Shown here piece after piece: positions 11,290 to 21,693 of a DNA stretch of 64,000 nt; position 1 is the stretch's first letter; each line of letters opens with the position of its first letter. This stretch comes from a virus. The stretch is taken from positions 25,843-89,842 of the IMG/VR virus record IMGVR_UViG_3300043570_000998. One strand, 5' to 3'. A program made the position numbers and the translations under genes. The notes beneath the pieces were generated by a model. The model had not been told where the DNA came from and did not search any database. It was given only the letters and a program-made list of their open reading frames with translations.

Positions 11290-11727
11290 ATGAAATTACC
11301 AGTGCCACAACGAGGACAGCCTCTAGACGTATCATTTGTATACGATATTGTTAACTCAATTAATGAGTTATGGAATAGGGTTGCTGTTAATGTATCTGCC
11401 TATGCATCATTATGGACTGTAGATGGTAGAAAAAGTGTTAGGGCAACAGAAATTAAATTTGTTACTGGACAAATTCCACTGAGCAAGACAGCTATTACTG
11501 CAAACTCGTTCCAAGATTTTTCTTATAACTTTGATATTTCTTTTAAATATCCACCAGTTGTAACAGCAACACCAATTTCAATTGCGTCAGTAACGGATGC
11601 ATCAAAAGCTTGTTATGCCATTATTACTGAAGTAACACCAAGTGGTGTCAAGGGTGTAGTTAAATTTGAAATTGCTGGCACAGTATCTATGGCAGTTAAC
11701 GTTATTGCTGTTGGTGTACCAGTATAA
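11290..11727 (+). CDS. Putative virion protein (H-type-lectin-like C-terminus)
   Basis: F..PPVVTAT...VNVIAVG pattern; RBS GGAG. Confidence 0.45.
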   Translation: MKLPVPQRGQPLDVSFVYDIVNSINELWNRVAVNVSAYASLWTVDGRKSVRATEIKFVTGQIPLSKTAITANSFQDFSYNFDISFKYPPVVTATPISIASVTDASKACYAIITEVTPSGVKGVVKFEIAGTVSMAVNVIAVGVPV

Positions 11728-12248
11728 TGGACAGGGAGCAGTATAACTCTGCCCCAGTCATTCCAGGAAGCAAAAAAGTTTGGTTTCTTAATGGTGATCT
11801 AGTTCGCATTCATCACTTCAACAGATCAAATGGAATTATGTCTGTCTATAACATTATAAAAGATCAAATTGAAAGTTGTTTAGTTACAGATTTTAAACGG
11901 AATCGTGAAAGAGCCTACACAGTAGGTGAAACAGCAATTCTAGTAAATAGACATAAAAAATATATGCCAAGCCTTATGAAGCGTGGAGTAATCCCTGAGC
12001 CTATGGGGTCTCAAAAGGGCGGAGAGCGTGGCTGGCAGGTTCGATGCTATTACTCAGAATCTCAAGTACGCGACATTCGTGATATACTTGCTACCTACCA
12101 TATTGGTAGACCAAGAAAAGACAAGTTAGTTACTAATGACATTACACCTTCACCACAGGAACTTACTAGAAGAATGGGTGATGGTATACTTACATATACA
12201 AGAACTGAAGACGGCAGGTTTGTCCCTGTGTGGTCAGAGAGTATTTAA
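11727..12248 (+). CDS. HTH (MerR-like) DNA-binding protein
   Basis: YTVGETAILVNRH...GVIPEP...RCYYSESQV pattern. Confidence 0.55.
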   Translation: MDREQYNSAPVIPGSKKVWFLNGDLVRIHHFNRSNGIMSVYNIIKDQIESCLVTDFKRNRERAYTVGETAILVNRHKKYMPSLMKRGVIPEPMGSQKGGERGWQVRCYYSESQVRDIRDILATYHIGRPRKDKLVTNDITPSPQELTRRMGDGILTYTRTEDGRFVPVWSESI

Positions 12249-12646
12249 TGGATAATTTCTATGACAAAGTTGATAAAACCGATACTTGCTGGAATTGGTT
12301 TGGATCAACAAATGAAAAAGGTTATGGGTTATTTAGATTTAATGGTAAAACATCAAAAGCACATCGTGTATCTTATATCTTAGCTAACGGATCAATTGAT
12401 CCTCATCTTGTTATAGATCATTTATGTAAAAATAAAAAGTGTGTTAATCCAGATCATCTAGACTTAGTTACACAAAAAGAAAATGTTATTCGTGGATTAG
12501 CTGGAAAAGTTAATAATCCACAATCGATTAAAACACATTGTCCAAATGGACACGAGTATTCTAGAATAGATAAAAATGGATATAGACTATGTGGTAAGTG
12601 TAGGTCTATTCAAACAATGAAGTCTAGAAAAAATAAAACACAGTAA
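12248..12646 (+). CDS. Free-standing HNH homing endonuclease
   Basis: CWNW..GYG..KAHRVSY..DHLC..CVNPDHL..EN motif and C-terminal Zn ribbon (CPNGH..CGKC). Confidence 0.85.
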   Translation: MDNFYDKVDKTDTCWNWFGSTNEKGYGLFRFNGKTSKAHRVSYILANGSIDPHLVIDHLCKNKKCVNPDHLDLVTQKENVIRGLAGKVNNPQSIKTHCPNGHEYSRIDKNGYRLCGKCRSIQTMKSRKNKTQ

Positions 12647-12675
12647 TTGACAAACACTAATTGCTGTGCTACTAT
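12647..12675 (+). promoter_or_regulatory. SigA-type promoter for replication operon
   Basis: TTGACA-N17-TACTAT. Confidence 0.7.
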
Positions 12676-12707
12676 TAGTAAACAACAACAATCCATAAGG
12701 GAGACAA

Positions 12708-12917
12708 ATGGAAAACGAAAACACAAAGATTAACATTGCATTGGGCTACACGCTCAATCTTGGTAACTTTCAATCACTCCGCATTGACTTAGGCGTTGAG
12801 GATTCACGCCGTGAGGGAGAAACGGTACAACAGGCATTTGACCGTGTGTATGAGTTTGTAGAAACAAAGCTTGTTGAAAAAATCAACGAGTCAAAAGAAG
12901 AGATCGATAGCAAGTAA
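12708..12917 (+). CDS. Hypothetical protein
   Basis: RBS AAGGGAG; YTLNLGNFQSLRID motif common in actinophages. Confidence 0.6.
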   Translation: MENENTKINIALGYTLNLGNFQSLRIDLGVEDSRREGETVQQAFDRVYEFVETKLVEKINESKEEIDSK

Positions 12918-13225
12918 TGGCTGAACGCAAAGACCGTATGGCTTTGCTCAGTAGATACTCTAAACTTTATCTTATAAAGTATGAGGAAAAGCCATTACTA
13001 AACTTAAACGTAGAACAGTGGGCTGCAGATGCACTCATTGAGTCATATGGAATATCTATGTGCTACGACCTACTAGAGTATTACTTTGATGTAGCAGAGA
13101 AGCCAACTTGGAAATATTTTGCACACTACACAGACAACCTAATCTCTGCAAGACAACAACAAAAAAATGACATATCAGAAAGAGCAATCCGCCGTGAACA
13201 AGCAAGGAAGTGGTTAAGTGAATGA
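12917..13225 (+). CDS. Hypothetical protein upstream of helicase
   Basis: Coupled ORF. Confidence 0.55.
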   Translation: MAERKDRMALLSRYSKLYLIKYEEKPLLNLNVEQWAADALIESYGISMCYDLLEYYFDVAEKPTWKYFAHYTDNLISARQQQKNDISERAIRREQARKWLSE

Positions 13226-14438
13226 TTCAGAAGCAAAACTTATTTCAGCAGTACTACAAGACAAGCAGGTACACGTACTTTTACAAGCCAACGTGGAGAA
13301 CATTCTTCGCACTCACAATGACATATGGCAGTTTATTAGGAACTACTCTGAGCATAACGGCACTGTCCCACCTATTACCCTTGTAGTAGACAAGTTCCGT
13401 GACTTTCATCCTATTGATGGCATAGGTGCAACCAAGCACCACCTAGAAGAATTACAGGCAGAGTATCTTAACGACAGCCTGAAGGATATCCTACGCAACA
13501 CTGCTGCAGACGTACAGGGTGGCAAGGGTACAGAAGCACTAGAGTCACTTATTCAAATGACTTCAGAGCTTAAGAAGAACACTGCCTCAATTCGTGACAT
13601 TGATGTTACAGATATTGACGATGCACTTGCATACTACGAGAATGTACAGAGGCAGAACGAGCTAGGGCAGATTGGTATCAAGACTGGTCTTCCTGGATTT
13701 GACAACTATCTTCCTGCTGGAATTATGCCAGGACAACTTGGTGTATTCCTTGCCTATCCAGGTATCGGTAAGTCGTGGCTATCGCTTTATTTTGCTGTGC
13801 AAGCTTGGAAGCAGGGTAAGTCACCAATGGTTGTAAGCCTTGAAATGAGCGAGACAGAGGTTCGCAATCGTGTCTACACAATTATGGGTAATGGTCTATG
13901 GTCACACCGTAAGCTATCCTCTGGCGAAGTAGAGCTAGATATGCTTAAGTCTTGGCACGAGAAGAACCTTCAGGGCAAACCTGAGTTCCACATTATCTCT
14001 AATGATTCTGGTGGAGAAGTTACTCCCTCAGTTATGCGAGGGAAGATTGATCAGTACAAGCCAGACTTTGTAATTGTAGACTACCTACAACTAATGTCAC
14101 CAAATCAGAAGTCAGACAATGAGACTGTTCGTATGAAGAACCTTTCTCGTGAACTAAAACTAATGGCTATTTCTGAAGAAGTACCCATTATTGCTATCTC
14201 GTCTGCTACACCCGACGACGTTAACAAGTTAGATACAGTTCCTACACTTGGACAAACTGCTTGGTCACGTCAGATTGCTTACGATGCTGACTGGGTAATG
14301 GCTCTTGGTCGTGGTGCTAACTCAGATGTTATTGAGTGCGTATTCCGTAAGAACCGTAATGGGTTTATGGGTGAATTTATGGTTCAGGTTGATTTTGACA
14401 AGGGGCTATATAAATACAAGGATTTTGAAGATAACTAG
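13218..14438 (+). CDS. dnaB: Replicative DnaB-like helicase
   Basis: Walker A AYPGIGKS, SLEM, VIVDYLQLM, QIAYDAD, KNRNG. Confidence 0.93.
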   Translation: MNDSEAKLISAVLQDKQVHVLLQANVENILRTHNDIWQFIRNYSEHNGTVPPITLVVDKFRDFHPIDGIGATKHHLEELQAEYLNDSLKDILRNTAADVQGGKGTEALESLIQMTSELKKNTASIRDIDVTDIDDALAYYENVQRQNELGQIGIKTGLPGFDNYLPAGIMPGQLGVFLAYPGIGKSWLSLYFAVQAWKQGKSPMVVSLEMSETEVRNRVYTIMGNGLWSHRKLSSGEVELDMLKSWHEKNLQGKPEFHIISNDSGGEVTPSVMRGKIDQYKPDFVIVDYLQLMSPNQKSDNETVRMKNLSRELKLMAISEEVPIIAISSATPDDVNKLDTVPTLGQTAWSRQIAYDADWVMALGRGANSDVIECVFRKNRNGFMGEFMVQVDFDKGLYKYKDFEDN

Positions 14439-14450
14439 TTATAATGGAGT

Positions 14451-14777
14451 ATGCAAAATCAACATCACAAAGCAATCAAACGATTTGGTTTGGATGGCAT
14501 TATTCACGATGAAGCTGCAATACCAAGGCTAAAACAAGAATATATTAGACTACTAAAAACTGAGATGATTCTAACTGGGTACGCACCTAGACTAGATATT
14601 GACCCAGACTTTACAATTTTTTATCTCCACGAGAAAGAAATCTTTGAATTTCAATTATCACTATATGGAACATACCTAGGAAAGAATAAAACACAATGGA
14701 TAACAGGAATAGACGGAACACAAATAGTTCCTACACACAAGAGCAAATCAAAAGAGTCCTTGCAGGATCAGGCATAG
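14451..14777 (+). CDS. Hypothetical protein (leaderless)
   Basis: TATAAT 5 nt before ATG. Confidence 0.5.
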   Translation: MQNQHHKAIKRFGLDGIIHDEAAIPRLKQEYIRLLKTEMILTGYAPRLDIDPDFTIFYLHEKEIFEFQLSLYGTYLGKNKTQWITGIDGTQIVPTHKSKSKESLQDQA

Positions 14778-15640
14778 ATATTGAATCAGAAGTAGATTCA
14801 GATTACATTATCTTCTGCCCTTTTCACGCTAATCATAGATCACCAGCAGGTGAAATTGATAAGCGTAATGGAACATTCTTTTGCTTTTCCTGTCACCACG
14901 TCGCAGACCTAGTTGAAGTTGTAGTAAAAACATCTGCTCGTACATATTTTGAAGCGGTACGTTTTATTAAGTCTAAGGGTACAGAGTCAGACCTTACATC
15001 TGAGATTAATCGTCAACTCTATACAAAGCCAGACTATGTACAGTTTGACGATGTACTTGTTAAAAGACTAAATCAACAAGCATTAGAGTCACCTCGTGCT
15101 ATGCGATATTTTGCTGGACGGTTTGTGACAGAGGCATCCGTAAAGAAGTTTGCACTTGGATTCTCTGAAAAACAGGATATGGTAACTATTCCTGTACAAG
15201 CCCCAGATGGTATGTCGATTGGCTTTGTAGGTCGTTCCATTGAAGGCAAGGAGTTTAAGAATACTCCAGGAATGCCTAAATCAAAACTTCTGTTTAACCT
15301 GCATAGGGTCAAAACAGCAGACAGGGTATATGTAGTCGAATCATCTTTCGATGCCATACGCCTTGATCAAGTTGGATTTCCAGCGGTAGCAACTTTAGGT
15401 TCTAACGTATCCAACATACAGATTGAATTGCTTAAGAAGTATTTCAATAACATAATCGTTATTGCAGATAATGATGAAGCAGGAGGAAATATGAAGTCCA
15501 AGATCATTGAGAAGCTTGGGTCTCGTGTATCCGTAATCACACTAGAAAAACAATACAAGGATATCGGAGATATGACGGATGAAGATATTGCAAAGCTGGA
15601 TGTTGCATTTGACAAAACCATCATATCTATGCTAAACTGA
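14696..15640 (+). CDS. dnaG: DNA primase (CHC2 Zn finger + TOPRIM)
   Basis: CPFH...CFSC; VVESSFDA; DNDEAG; KDIGD. Confidence 0.92.
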   Translation: MDNRNRRNTNSSYTQEQIKRVLAGSGIDIESEVDSDYIIFCPFHANHRSPAGEIDKRNGTFFCFSCHHVADLVEVVVKTSARTYFEAVRFIKSKGTESDLTSEINRQLYTKPDYVQFDDVLVKRLNQQALESPRAMRYFAGRFVTEASVKKFALGFSEKQDMVTIPVQAPDGMSIGFVGRSIEGKEFKNTPGMPKSKLLFNLHRVKTADRVYVVESSFDAIRLDQVGFPAVATLGSNVSNIQIELLKKYFNNIIVIADNDEAGGNMKSKIIEKLGSRVSVITLEKQYKDIGDMTDEDIAKLDVAFDKTIISMLN

Positions 15641-15667
15641 TAACCTCAACAATACAAGGAGAAAACA

Positions 15668-16318
15668 ATGAGTGCAATTAAGGGATTAAAAAATCTAAAC
15701 GCCCTACTCGAAAAACCAAAGTTCGAAGGAACAAAAGTTCGTTGGCTTAAGCTTGCTGACGGACAGTCTGCTGCGATTCGTTTCGTAGAAGAACTAGATG
15801 CAGATTCACCCTACTACGATGAAAGTCGTGGAGAGGCTTGTGTATTTGCAGAGCACACCAACCCAAAGGACTACAAGCGTAAAGCTGCTTGTACAGTGGA
15901 TTCGGAAGGTCGCTGCTACGGCTGTGAAATGGCTCGTAAGGAGCCTAAGTCTGGCTGGAGAGCACGTAACCGCTTCTATTGCAACGTCCTCGTTGAAGAC
16001 GGTCTTGAAGACCCTTACGTGGCTGTATGGTCACAGGGTATTTCAAAGCAGTCTGCTGTACCCACATTGATGGAGTACTTTGACGACACCAAGGGTATTT
16101 CAAATGTTGTTTGGAAGATCAAGCGTAACGGTCAGGGAACTGAAACAAGTTACACACTTCTTCCAAAGGGACCTGACACAGAGCCTTTTGACTGGTCAAC
16201 ACACGAGTTCCACAACTTGGAAAACGTTCTTCGTGAGATTCCTTACGCTGAACAGGAAGCATTCTACTTCGGTTTTGATGCTCCATCAATTACCTCAGCA
16301 ACTAATACTGACTGGTAA
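15668..16318 (+). CDS. Single-stranded DNA-binding protein (T4 gp32-like)
   Basis: His/Cys Zn ligands, KIKRNGQGTETSY motif, position between primase and polymerase. Confidence 0.75.
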   Translation: MSAIKGLKNLNALLEKPKFEGTKVRWLKLADGQSAAIRFVEELDADSPYYDESRGEACVFAEHTNPKDYKRKAACTVDSEGRCYGCEMARKEPKSGWRARNRFYCNVLVEDGLEDPYVAVWSQGISKQSAVPTLMEYFDDTKGISNVVWKIKRNGQGTETSYTLLPKGPDTEPFDWSTHEFHNLENVLREIPYAEQEAFYFGFDAPSITSATNTDW

Positions 16319-16323
16319 TATCC

Positions 16324-16352
16324 ATAGTGCTGGGCATCACTATAATCTGCCC
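16324..16352 (+). ncRNA. H-type pseudoknot motif, copy A
   Basis: ATAGTG-CT-GGGCA-T-CACTAT-AATC-TGCCC; same architecture as four minus-strand copies. Confidence 0.65.
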
Positions 16353-16385
16353 AACTTAAACTTTCACCTCTAACATAAGGATCTT

Positions 16386-19300
16386 ATGAGTTACGCTGGG
16401 CTACACGTTCATACACACTATAGTCTCTTTGACGGAATAGCTACCCCACAGGAATATGTGGATCGTGCGGTAGAGCTGGGTATGCCAGCAATTGCAATCA
16501 CAGATCACGGAAGTCTCTCAGGACACCGTGAGTTATATCGCTCTGCTAAAGAAGCTGGCATCAAGCCAATTCTTGGCATTGAGGGGTACATCACTAAAGA
16601 TCGCCTAGACCACACAGATAAAAAATATAAGCACGACCCCCTAGATCTTAACTATAATCACCTTATTATTCTTGCAAAGAACACTATAGGTCTAGAGAAC
16701 TTAAATAAGCTTAATGAGCTTGCTTGGACAGAAGGATTCTACAAGAAGCCTCGTATTGATTGGAAGATTCTTGAACAATACAAAGAGGGGCTTGTTATTA
16801 CTTCTGGCTGTTTGTCTGGGGTATTGGCTAAGGCAATCGAATCAGACAACCTAGCCTATGCCAAGGAACACATCAAGTGGTGTAAGGATACTTTTGGTGA
16901 CGACTACTACATTGAGGTAATGCCTCACAATCCTGCAGAAGTAAACAAGATGTTGCTTGAGCTTGCAGACGAGTTTGGTATTACACCTGTTGTTACACCT
17001 GACTGCCACCACTCCGATAAGAGCCAGAAAGAAATCCAGGAACTTAAACTAATCCTTAACTCATACTCAAATAAAACTGTTGGAGATGCAACATATAACG
17101 GTACAAAGAAGTATGATAACCTTATGGACAAGCTAGACTACCTCTACGGGGCTGACCGCCAGATGTCATTTAACAAGTTTGACATTCACCTTTTGTCAGA
17201 TGAAGAGATGCACAATGCAATGAAGGCTCAGGGTATTGACCGTGAGGATATGTACGAAGCAACTCTTGAGATCGTAAACAAGATTGAGGATTATGATATC
17301 CAGGACTACCGTGACTTGCTTCCTGTGCAGTACCAGGACCCTGACGGAGAGCTCCTCAGCCTCGCTCTAGAGGGCTTAAAGGCTAAGGGACTAGACCAGA
17401 ACCAGGAATATATTGACCGCCTTAACGAAGAGCTGATGATTATCAAGGATAAGAACTTTGGTCCATACTTTTTAGTTGTACGGTCTATGATTTCTTGGGC
17501 AAAGAAGGAAGGCATTATGGTTGGACCAGGACGTGGTTCATCTGCTGGTTCGCTTTTGTGCTATTCACTTGGCATCACTGACATTGATCCTATCATACAC
17601 GGCTTGCTATTCTTCCGATTTATTAATCCAGAACGTAATGACTTCCCAGATATTGATACAGATATCCAAGATACACGCCGTGAAGAAGTTAAAGATTACT
17701 TGGTTCGTCAGTATCGTCACGTTGCTTCTATTGCTACGTTCTTGCAGTTCAAAGATAAGGGTGTGGTACGAGACATTGCTCGTGTGCTAAACATCCCTCT
17801 TCCTGACGTTAATAAGGTTATGAAGCTTGTAGATACTTGGGAAGACTACTGCTCTTCATCATCTACAGCAGAGTTCCGTGAGAAGTATCCAGAGATTGAA
17901 TTATATGGAGAGCAACTGCGTGGTCGTATCCGTGGTACTGGCATCCACGCTGCAGGTGTTGTTACATCCAAAGAGCCTATCTTTAAGTTTGCTCCAATGG
18001 AAACTCGCACAGCACCAGGAACTAAAGAGCGTATCCCTGTTGTTGCAGTAGATATGACAGAGGCAGAGCGTATCGGTCTTATTAAGATTGATGCCCTTGG
18101 TCTAAAAACTCTTTCTGTTCTACAAGACACACTTGCAATTATTAAAGACCGTAGTGGCAAAGACATTGATCTTCTAAAGATTGATATGGATGATAAGAAT
18201 GTTTACGATATGCTTTCTAACGGATTTACTAAAGGTGTCTTTCAGTGTGAAGCAACACCATACACTAATCTACTTGTAAAAATGGGTGTAAAGAACTTTG
18301 CAGAACTTGCTGCTTCTAATGCTCTAGTCCGTCCAGGTGCAATGAATACAATTGGTAAAGATTACATTGCTCGTAAACACGGCAAGCAAAAGATTACCTA
18401 TCTTCACAGTGTTATGAAAGAGTTTACAGACGAGACCTATGGATGTGTTCTATATCAAGAACAGGTTATGATTGCTTGTACAAATCTTGGCGGTATGACA
18501 ATGGCAGAGGCTGATAAAGTTCGTAAGATTATTGGTAAAAAGAAAGATGCTCGTGAGTTTGACGTGTATAAAGATCAGTTTGTAAGAGGAGCTTCTCGAT
18601 ATGTAACTACCTTCCAAGCAGAAGAACTTTGGCACGACTTTGAGGCTCACGCAGGTTACTCTTTTAATAAGTCACACGCCGTAGCATACTCAACACTTTC
18701 TTACTGGACCGCTTGGTTAAAGTATCACTACCCAATTGAGTTTATGTTTGCACTTCTCAAGAACGAAAAAGACAAGGATGCTCGCACAGAGTACCTTATC
18801 GAAGCAAAGCGTATGGGTATCCCAATTAAGTTGCCACACGTTAATGATTCAGATGCTGACTTCAAGATTGAGGGCAAGGGTATTCGGTTTGGTCTTAGTG
18901 GTATCAAGTTCATTAGTGATAACATTGCAGAAAAGTATATCGCTGCTCGCCCCTTTAACTCTTACAAAGAACTAGAAGAGTTCTCGTTTGGCAAGGGTAA
19001 CGGAGTCAACTCTCGTGCATTGTCAGCACTAAGACTAATTGGTGCTGCTACATTCCCTGACCAGCCTCGTAATGATGAAGAGATTCGTGAGAACCTGTAC
19101 GAGTACTTAAACCTACCAGAGTTCAACACATCAATTCCACAGCACTATCACGCATTTATTAATGACGTTGAGGAGTATGAGGAAAAGGGAGCTTTTGTTA
19201 TTATGGGTATTGTCAAGGGTATCAAACGAGGCAAAGGCTGGTCACGAGTAGAGGTACTAGATAAGACAGGGGCTATCGGTATCTTTGACGAAGAACAGTC

Positions 19301-19664
19301 TAAGGTTGAGGCAGGACGTACATACCTTATTCTTGCAAGTGACAATCGTATTGTTACAGCAATCCCTGCGGATGAAATTAAGGGTAATGATTCAGGTCTT
19401 GTAAAGATTCTTAACTACCGTATGCTACCCTATACAGACGACCAATTAATGGTTGTGTCATTCAGACCACGTATCACTAAGGCTGGTAAAAAGATGGCAT
19501 CAATGGTGGTGGCAGACTCTTCACGAGAACTGCACTCAATCACAATCTTTCCAACTTCATTTCCTAAAGCATATATGAAGATCAAGGAAGGCAATGTATA
19601 TAAATTCTCTTTGGGTAAGACCAAAGATGGAACAACAATTATGGAGGATGTATTCGATGTTTGA
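16386..19664 (+). CDS. dnaE: DNA polymerase III alpha subunit
   Basis: PHP HVHTHYSL, TDHG, GRGSSAGS, PDIDTD, FNKSH. Confidence 0.96.
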   Translation: MSYAGLHVHTHYSLFDGIATPQEYVDRAVELGMPAIAITDHGSLSGHRELYRSAKEAGIKPILGIEGYITKDRLDHTDKKYKHDPLDLNYNHLIILAKNTIGLENLNKLNELAWTEGFYKKPRIDWKILEQYKEGLVITSGCLSGVLAKAIESDNLAYAKEHIKWCKDTFGDDYYIEVMPHNPAEVNKMLLELADEFGITPVVTPDCHHSDKSQKEIQELKLILNSYSNKTVGDATYNGTKKYDNLMDKLDYLYGADRQMSFNKFDIHLLSDEEMHNAMKAQGIDREDMYEATLEIVNKIEDYDIQDYRDLLPVQYQDPDGELLSLALEGLKAKGLDQNQEYIDRLNEELMIIKDKNFGPYFLVVRSMISWAKKEGIMVGPGRGSSAGSLLCYSLGITDIDPIIHGLLFFRFINPERNDFPDIDTDIQDTRREEVKDYLVRQYRHVASIATFLQFKDKGVVRDIARVLNIPLPDVNKVMKLVDTWEDYCSSSSTAEFREKYPEIELYGEQLRGRIRGTGIHAAGVVTSKEPIFKFAPMETRTAPGTKERIPVVAVDMTEAERIGLIKIDALGLKTLSVLQDTLAIIKDRSGKDIDLLKIDMDDKNVYDMLSNGFTKGVFQCEATPYTNLLVKMGVKNFAELAASNALVRPGAMNTIGKDYIARKHGKQKITYLHSVMKEFTDETYGCVLYQEQVMIACTNLGGMTMAEADKVRKIIGKKKDAREFDVYKDQFVRGASRYVTTFQAEELWHDFEAHAGYSFNKSHAVAYSTLSYWTAWLKYHYPIEFMFALLKNEKDKDARTEYLIEAKRMGIPIKLPHVNDSDADFKIEGKGIRFGLSGIKFISDNIAEKYIAARPFNSYKELEEFSFGKGNGVNSRALSALRLIGAATFPDQPRNDEEIRENLYEYLNLPEFNTSIPQHYHAFINDVEEYEEKGAFVIMGIVKGIKRGKGWSRVEVLDKTGAIGIFDEEQSKVEAGRTYLILASDNRIVTAIPADEIKGNDSGLVKILNYRMLPYTDDQLMVVSFRPRITKAGKKMASMVVADSSRELHSITIFPTSFPKAYMKIKEGNVYKFSLGKTKDGTTIMEDVFDV

Positions 19665-19992
19665 TGAAGTAACAAAACACCTGCACGAGATTGCAGTAGA
19701 GAAAGGTTTCTGGGATGTAATTAAAGATGCATCACAGGAGCAAAAAGATATATTTATGGCTAAACAGTTAATGATGATTGTGTCAGAAGCAGTTGAAGTT
19801 ATGGAAGCTATTCGCAAGTCAAAGGGTCCAGAAGATGTAGCAGATGAAATGGCAGATATTGTTATCCGCACACTTGACCTGTATGCTGGATTAGTGGAGC
19901 ACGAATACACACACGTATCGCTTGACGATGCATTTGAAAAAAAGACGACTTTCAATAAGTCCCGACCAGAAAAGCACGGAGTAAAGTTCTAA
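19657..19992 (+). CDS. MazG-like nucleotide pyrophosphohydrolase
   Basis: SEAVEVMEA..DEMADIVIR..D motif. Confidence 0.75.
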   Translation: MFDEVTKHLHEIAVEKGFWDVIKDASQEQKDIFMAKQLMMIVSEAVEVMEAIRKSKGPEDVADEMADIVIRTLDLYAGLVEHEYTHVSLDDAFEKKTTFNKSRPEKHGVKF

Positions 19993-20216
19993 TGACAGTA
20001 ACAGTATATACAAAAGACAATTGCGTACAATGTGAAGCAACTAAGCGTCACCTTGACAAGCTAGATGTTCCTTACGAGGTAATCAACATCACTAATAATG
20101 TTAGTGCTCTTGACAAGTTAATCTCACTTGGATATCGTTCAGCCCCTGTAGTTGTTGCAGGTAGTGATAGTTGGGCAGGATATGTACCAGACAAGATCGA
20201 TAAGTTGGCTGAATAA
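19992..20216 (+). CDS. nrdH: Glutaredoxin-like NrdH
   Basis: CVQC and SAPVV..WAGY motifs. Confidence 0.9.
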   Translation: MTVTVYTKDNCVQCEATKRHLDKLDVPYEVINITNNVSALDKLISLGYRSAPVVVAGSDSWAGYVPDKIDKLAE

Positions 20217-21226
20217 TGACAACAATGGAAGAGGCACTAGCACAGCTAGACCCAAGAATTCGCAAACGCTTGTCTAATGGTGCAGGGTTTAAGACAGACT
20301 TTCAGCCCACTCCCAGCTTTGGACTCAACCGTGCTCTAGGCGGTGGGTTGCCATATGGTCGTCAAGTTCTTATTTGGGGAAGCAAGTCTTCGGCAAAGTC
20401 TTCTCTATGTCTTCAGATGGTTGGTCTTGCACAGGCAGAAGGCAAACTCTGTGCTTGGATCGATGCAGAAATGTCATACGACGAAGCGTGGTCGAAGAAA
20501 CTTGGGGTAGATACAGAAAACCTTATTGTCTCACAGGCTCGTACTATTAACGAGATGGTAGACGTAGGCACAGCACTAATTAATGCAGGTGTAGACCTAG
20601 TGGTAGTTGATTCAATTACCTCACTACTTCCTGCTATCTACTTTGAAAAAGACTCTGACGAACTCAAGCAACTTGAGAACACTAAGCAGATTGGTGCTGA
20701 GTCACGAGACTTTAGCAACGCCTGGAAGATGATTAACTATGCTAACAACAAAGTCAAGCCAACACTGTTCGTCCTGATCTCTCAGTCACGAAACAACATT
20801 AGTGCTATGTACACACAGCAACAGCCTACAGGTGGACAAGCAACTAAATTCTATTCATCAACAGTCATTAAGTTGTTTAGTTCGGAGTCGGATAATCAAG
20901 CCATCAAGGGCAAAATTCCCATAGGAGATAAACTAATTGAACAAAAGATTGGTCGCAAGGTCAAGTGGGAATTACAGTTCTCTAAGACCTCTCCAGGCTT
21001 CCAGAGCGGTGAATATGACTTTTACTTCCGTGGGGATGGGGTAGGAATTGACAGCGTTGGTGACCTTGTGGACACCGCTGAGATGGCAGGTATTGTATCT
21101 CGTACAGGTGCTTGGTACATTGTATCGGAAGATAAAAAAGTTCAGGGCAGGGAAGCATTTATTAACTATGTCAAGGAAAATGACGACTTCCGTAAATCTA
21201 TTGAGGACCAGCTAAATGTCAGCTAA
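20216..21226 (+). CDS. recA: RecA/UvsX-like recombinase
   Basis: GGGLPYGR, GSKSSAKS, WIDAE, VVVDS, GAWY. Confidence 0.9.
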   Translation: MTTMEEALAQLDPRIRKRLSNGAGFKTDFQPTPSFGLNRALGGGLPYGRQVLIWGSKSSAKSSLCLQMVGLAQAEGKLCAWIDAEMSYDEAWSKKLGVDTENLIVSQARTINEMVDVGTALINAGVDLVVVDSITSLLPAIYFEKDSDELKQLENTKQIGAESRDFSNAWKMINYANNKVKPTLFVLISQSRNNISAMYTQQQPTGGQATKFYSSTVIKLFSSESDNQAIKGKIPIGDKLIEQKIGRKVKWELQFSKTSPGFQSGEYDFYFRGDGVGIDSVGDLVDTAEMAGIVSRTGAWYIVSEDKKVQGREAFINYVKENDDFRKSIEDQLNVS

Positions 21227-21404
21227 GTATGATGTTCACAAAGGTAAGTTTAATTGTCATACCTGCAAAACAGAAGTATCGTCAATTAGATGGTACTGGA
21301 CGTTAAAAGAGTTAACTTGGCTATGTCCAGAAGGACACCTTAGCAAAGTTGATCTTAACACTAAAAAAAGTAAGGGTAATTATGAGCGAGAAGAACGAAA
21401 GTAA
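21216..21404 (+). CDS. Small Zn-ribbon protein
   Basis: CHTC..CPEGH. Confidence 0.5.
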   Translation: MSAKYDVHKGKFNCHTCKTEVSSIRWYWTLKELTWLCPEGHLSKVDLNTKKSKGNYEREERK

Positions 21405-21669
21405 AAGAATCGGTGCGAAACAACATAAAAATTCTGGACGTAATACGACCAAAGGTGATGCTACTTGGGGACAGTTTGTTGTTGACTTTAAAGAAGTATC
21501 GAAATCATTTACTATCAATAGGGAGGTTTGGGCTAAAGCTACGACTGACGCAATACGTGGTAACAAAGACCCAGCAATTATTATTGTACTTGGCGAGGGT
21601 AATTCTAAAGTAAGACTAGCAGTCATTGAGCTGGGTATCCTAGAACAATTGACTGAATCATCAGAGTAG
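21382..21669 (+). CDS. Holliday junction resolvase-like PD-(D/E)xK nuclease
   Basis: SG..KGD..VVDFKE motif. Confidence 0.6.
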   Translation: MSEKNESKRIGAKQHKNSGRNTTKGDATWGQFVVDFKEVSKSFTINREVWAKATTDAIRGNKDPAIIIVLGEGNSKVRLAVIELGILEQLTESSE

Positions 21670-21693
21670 TGTATAATAGAAGGATAGTAGAAA

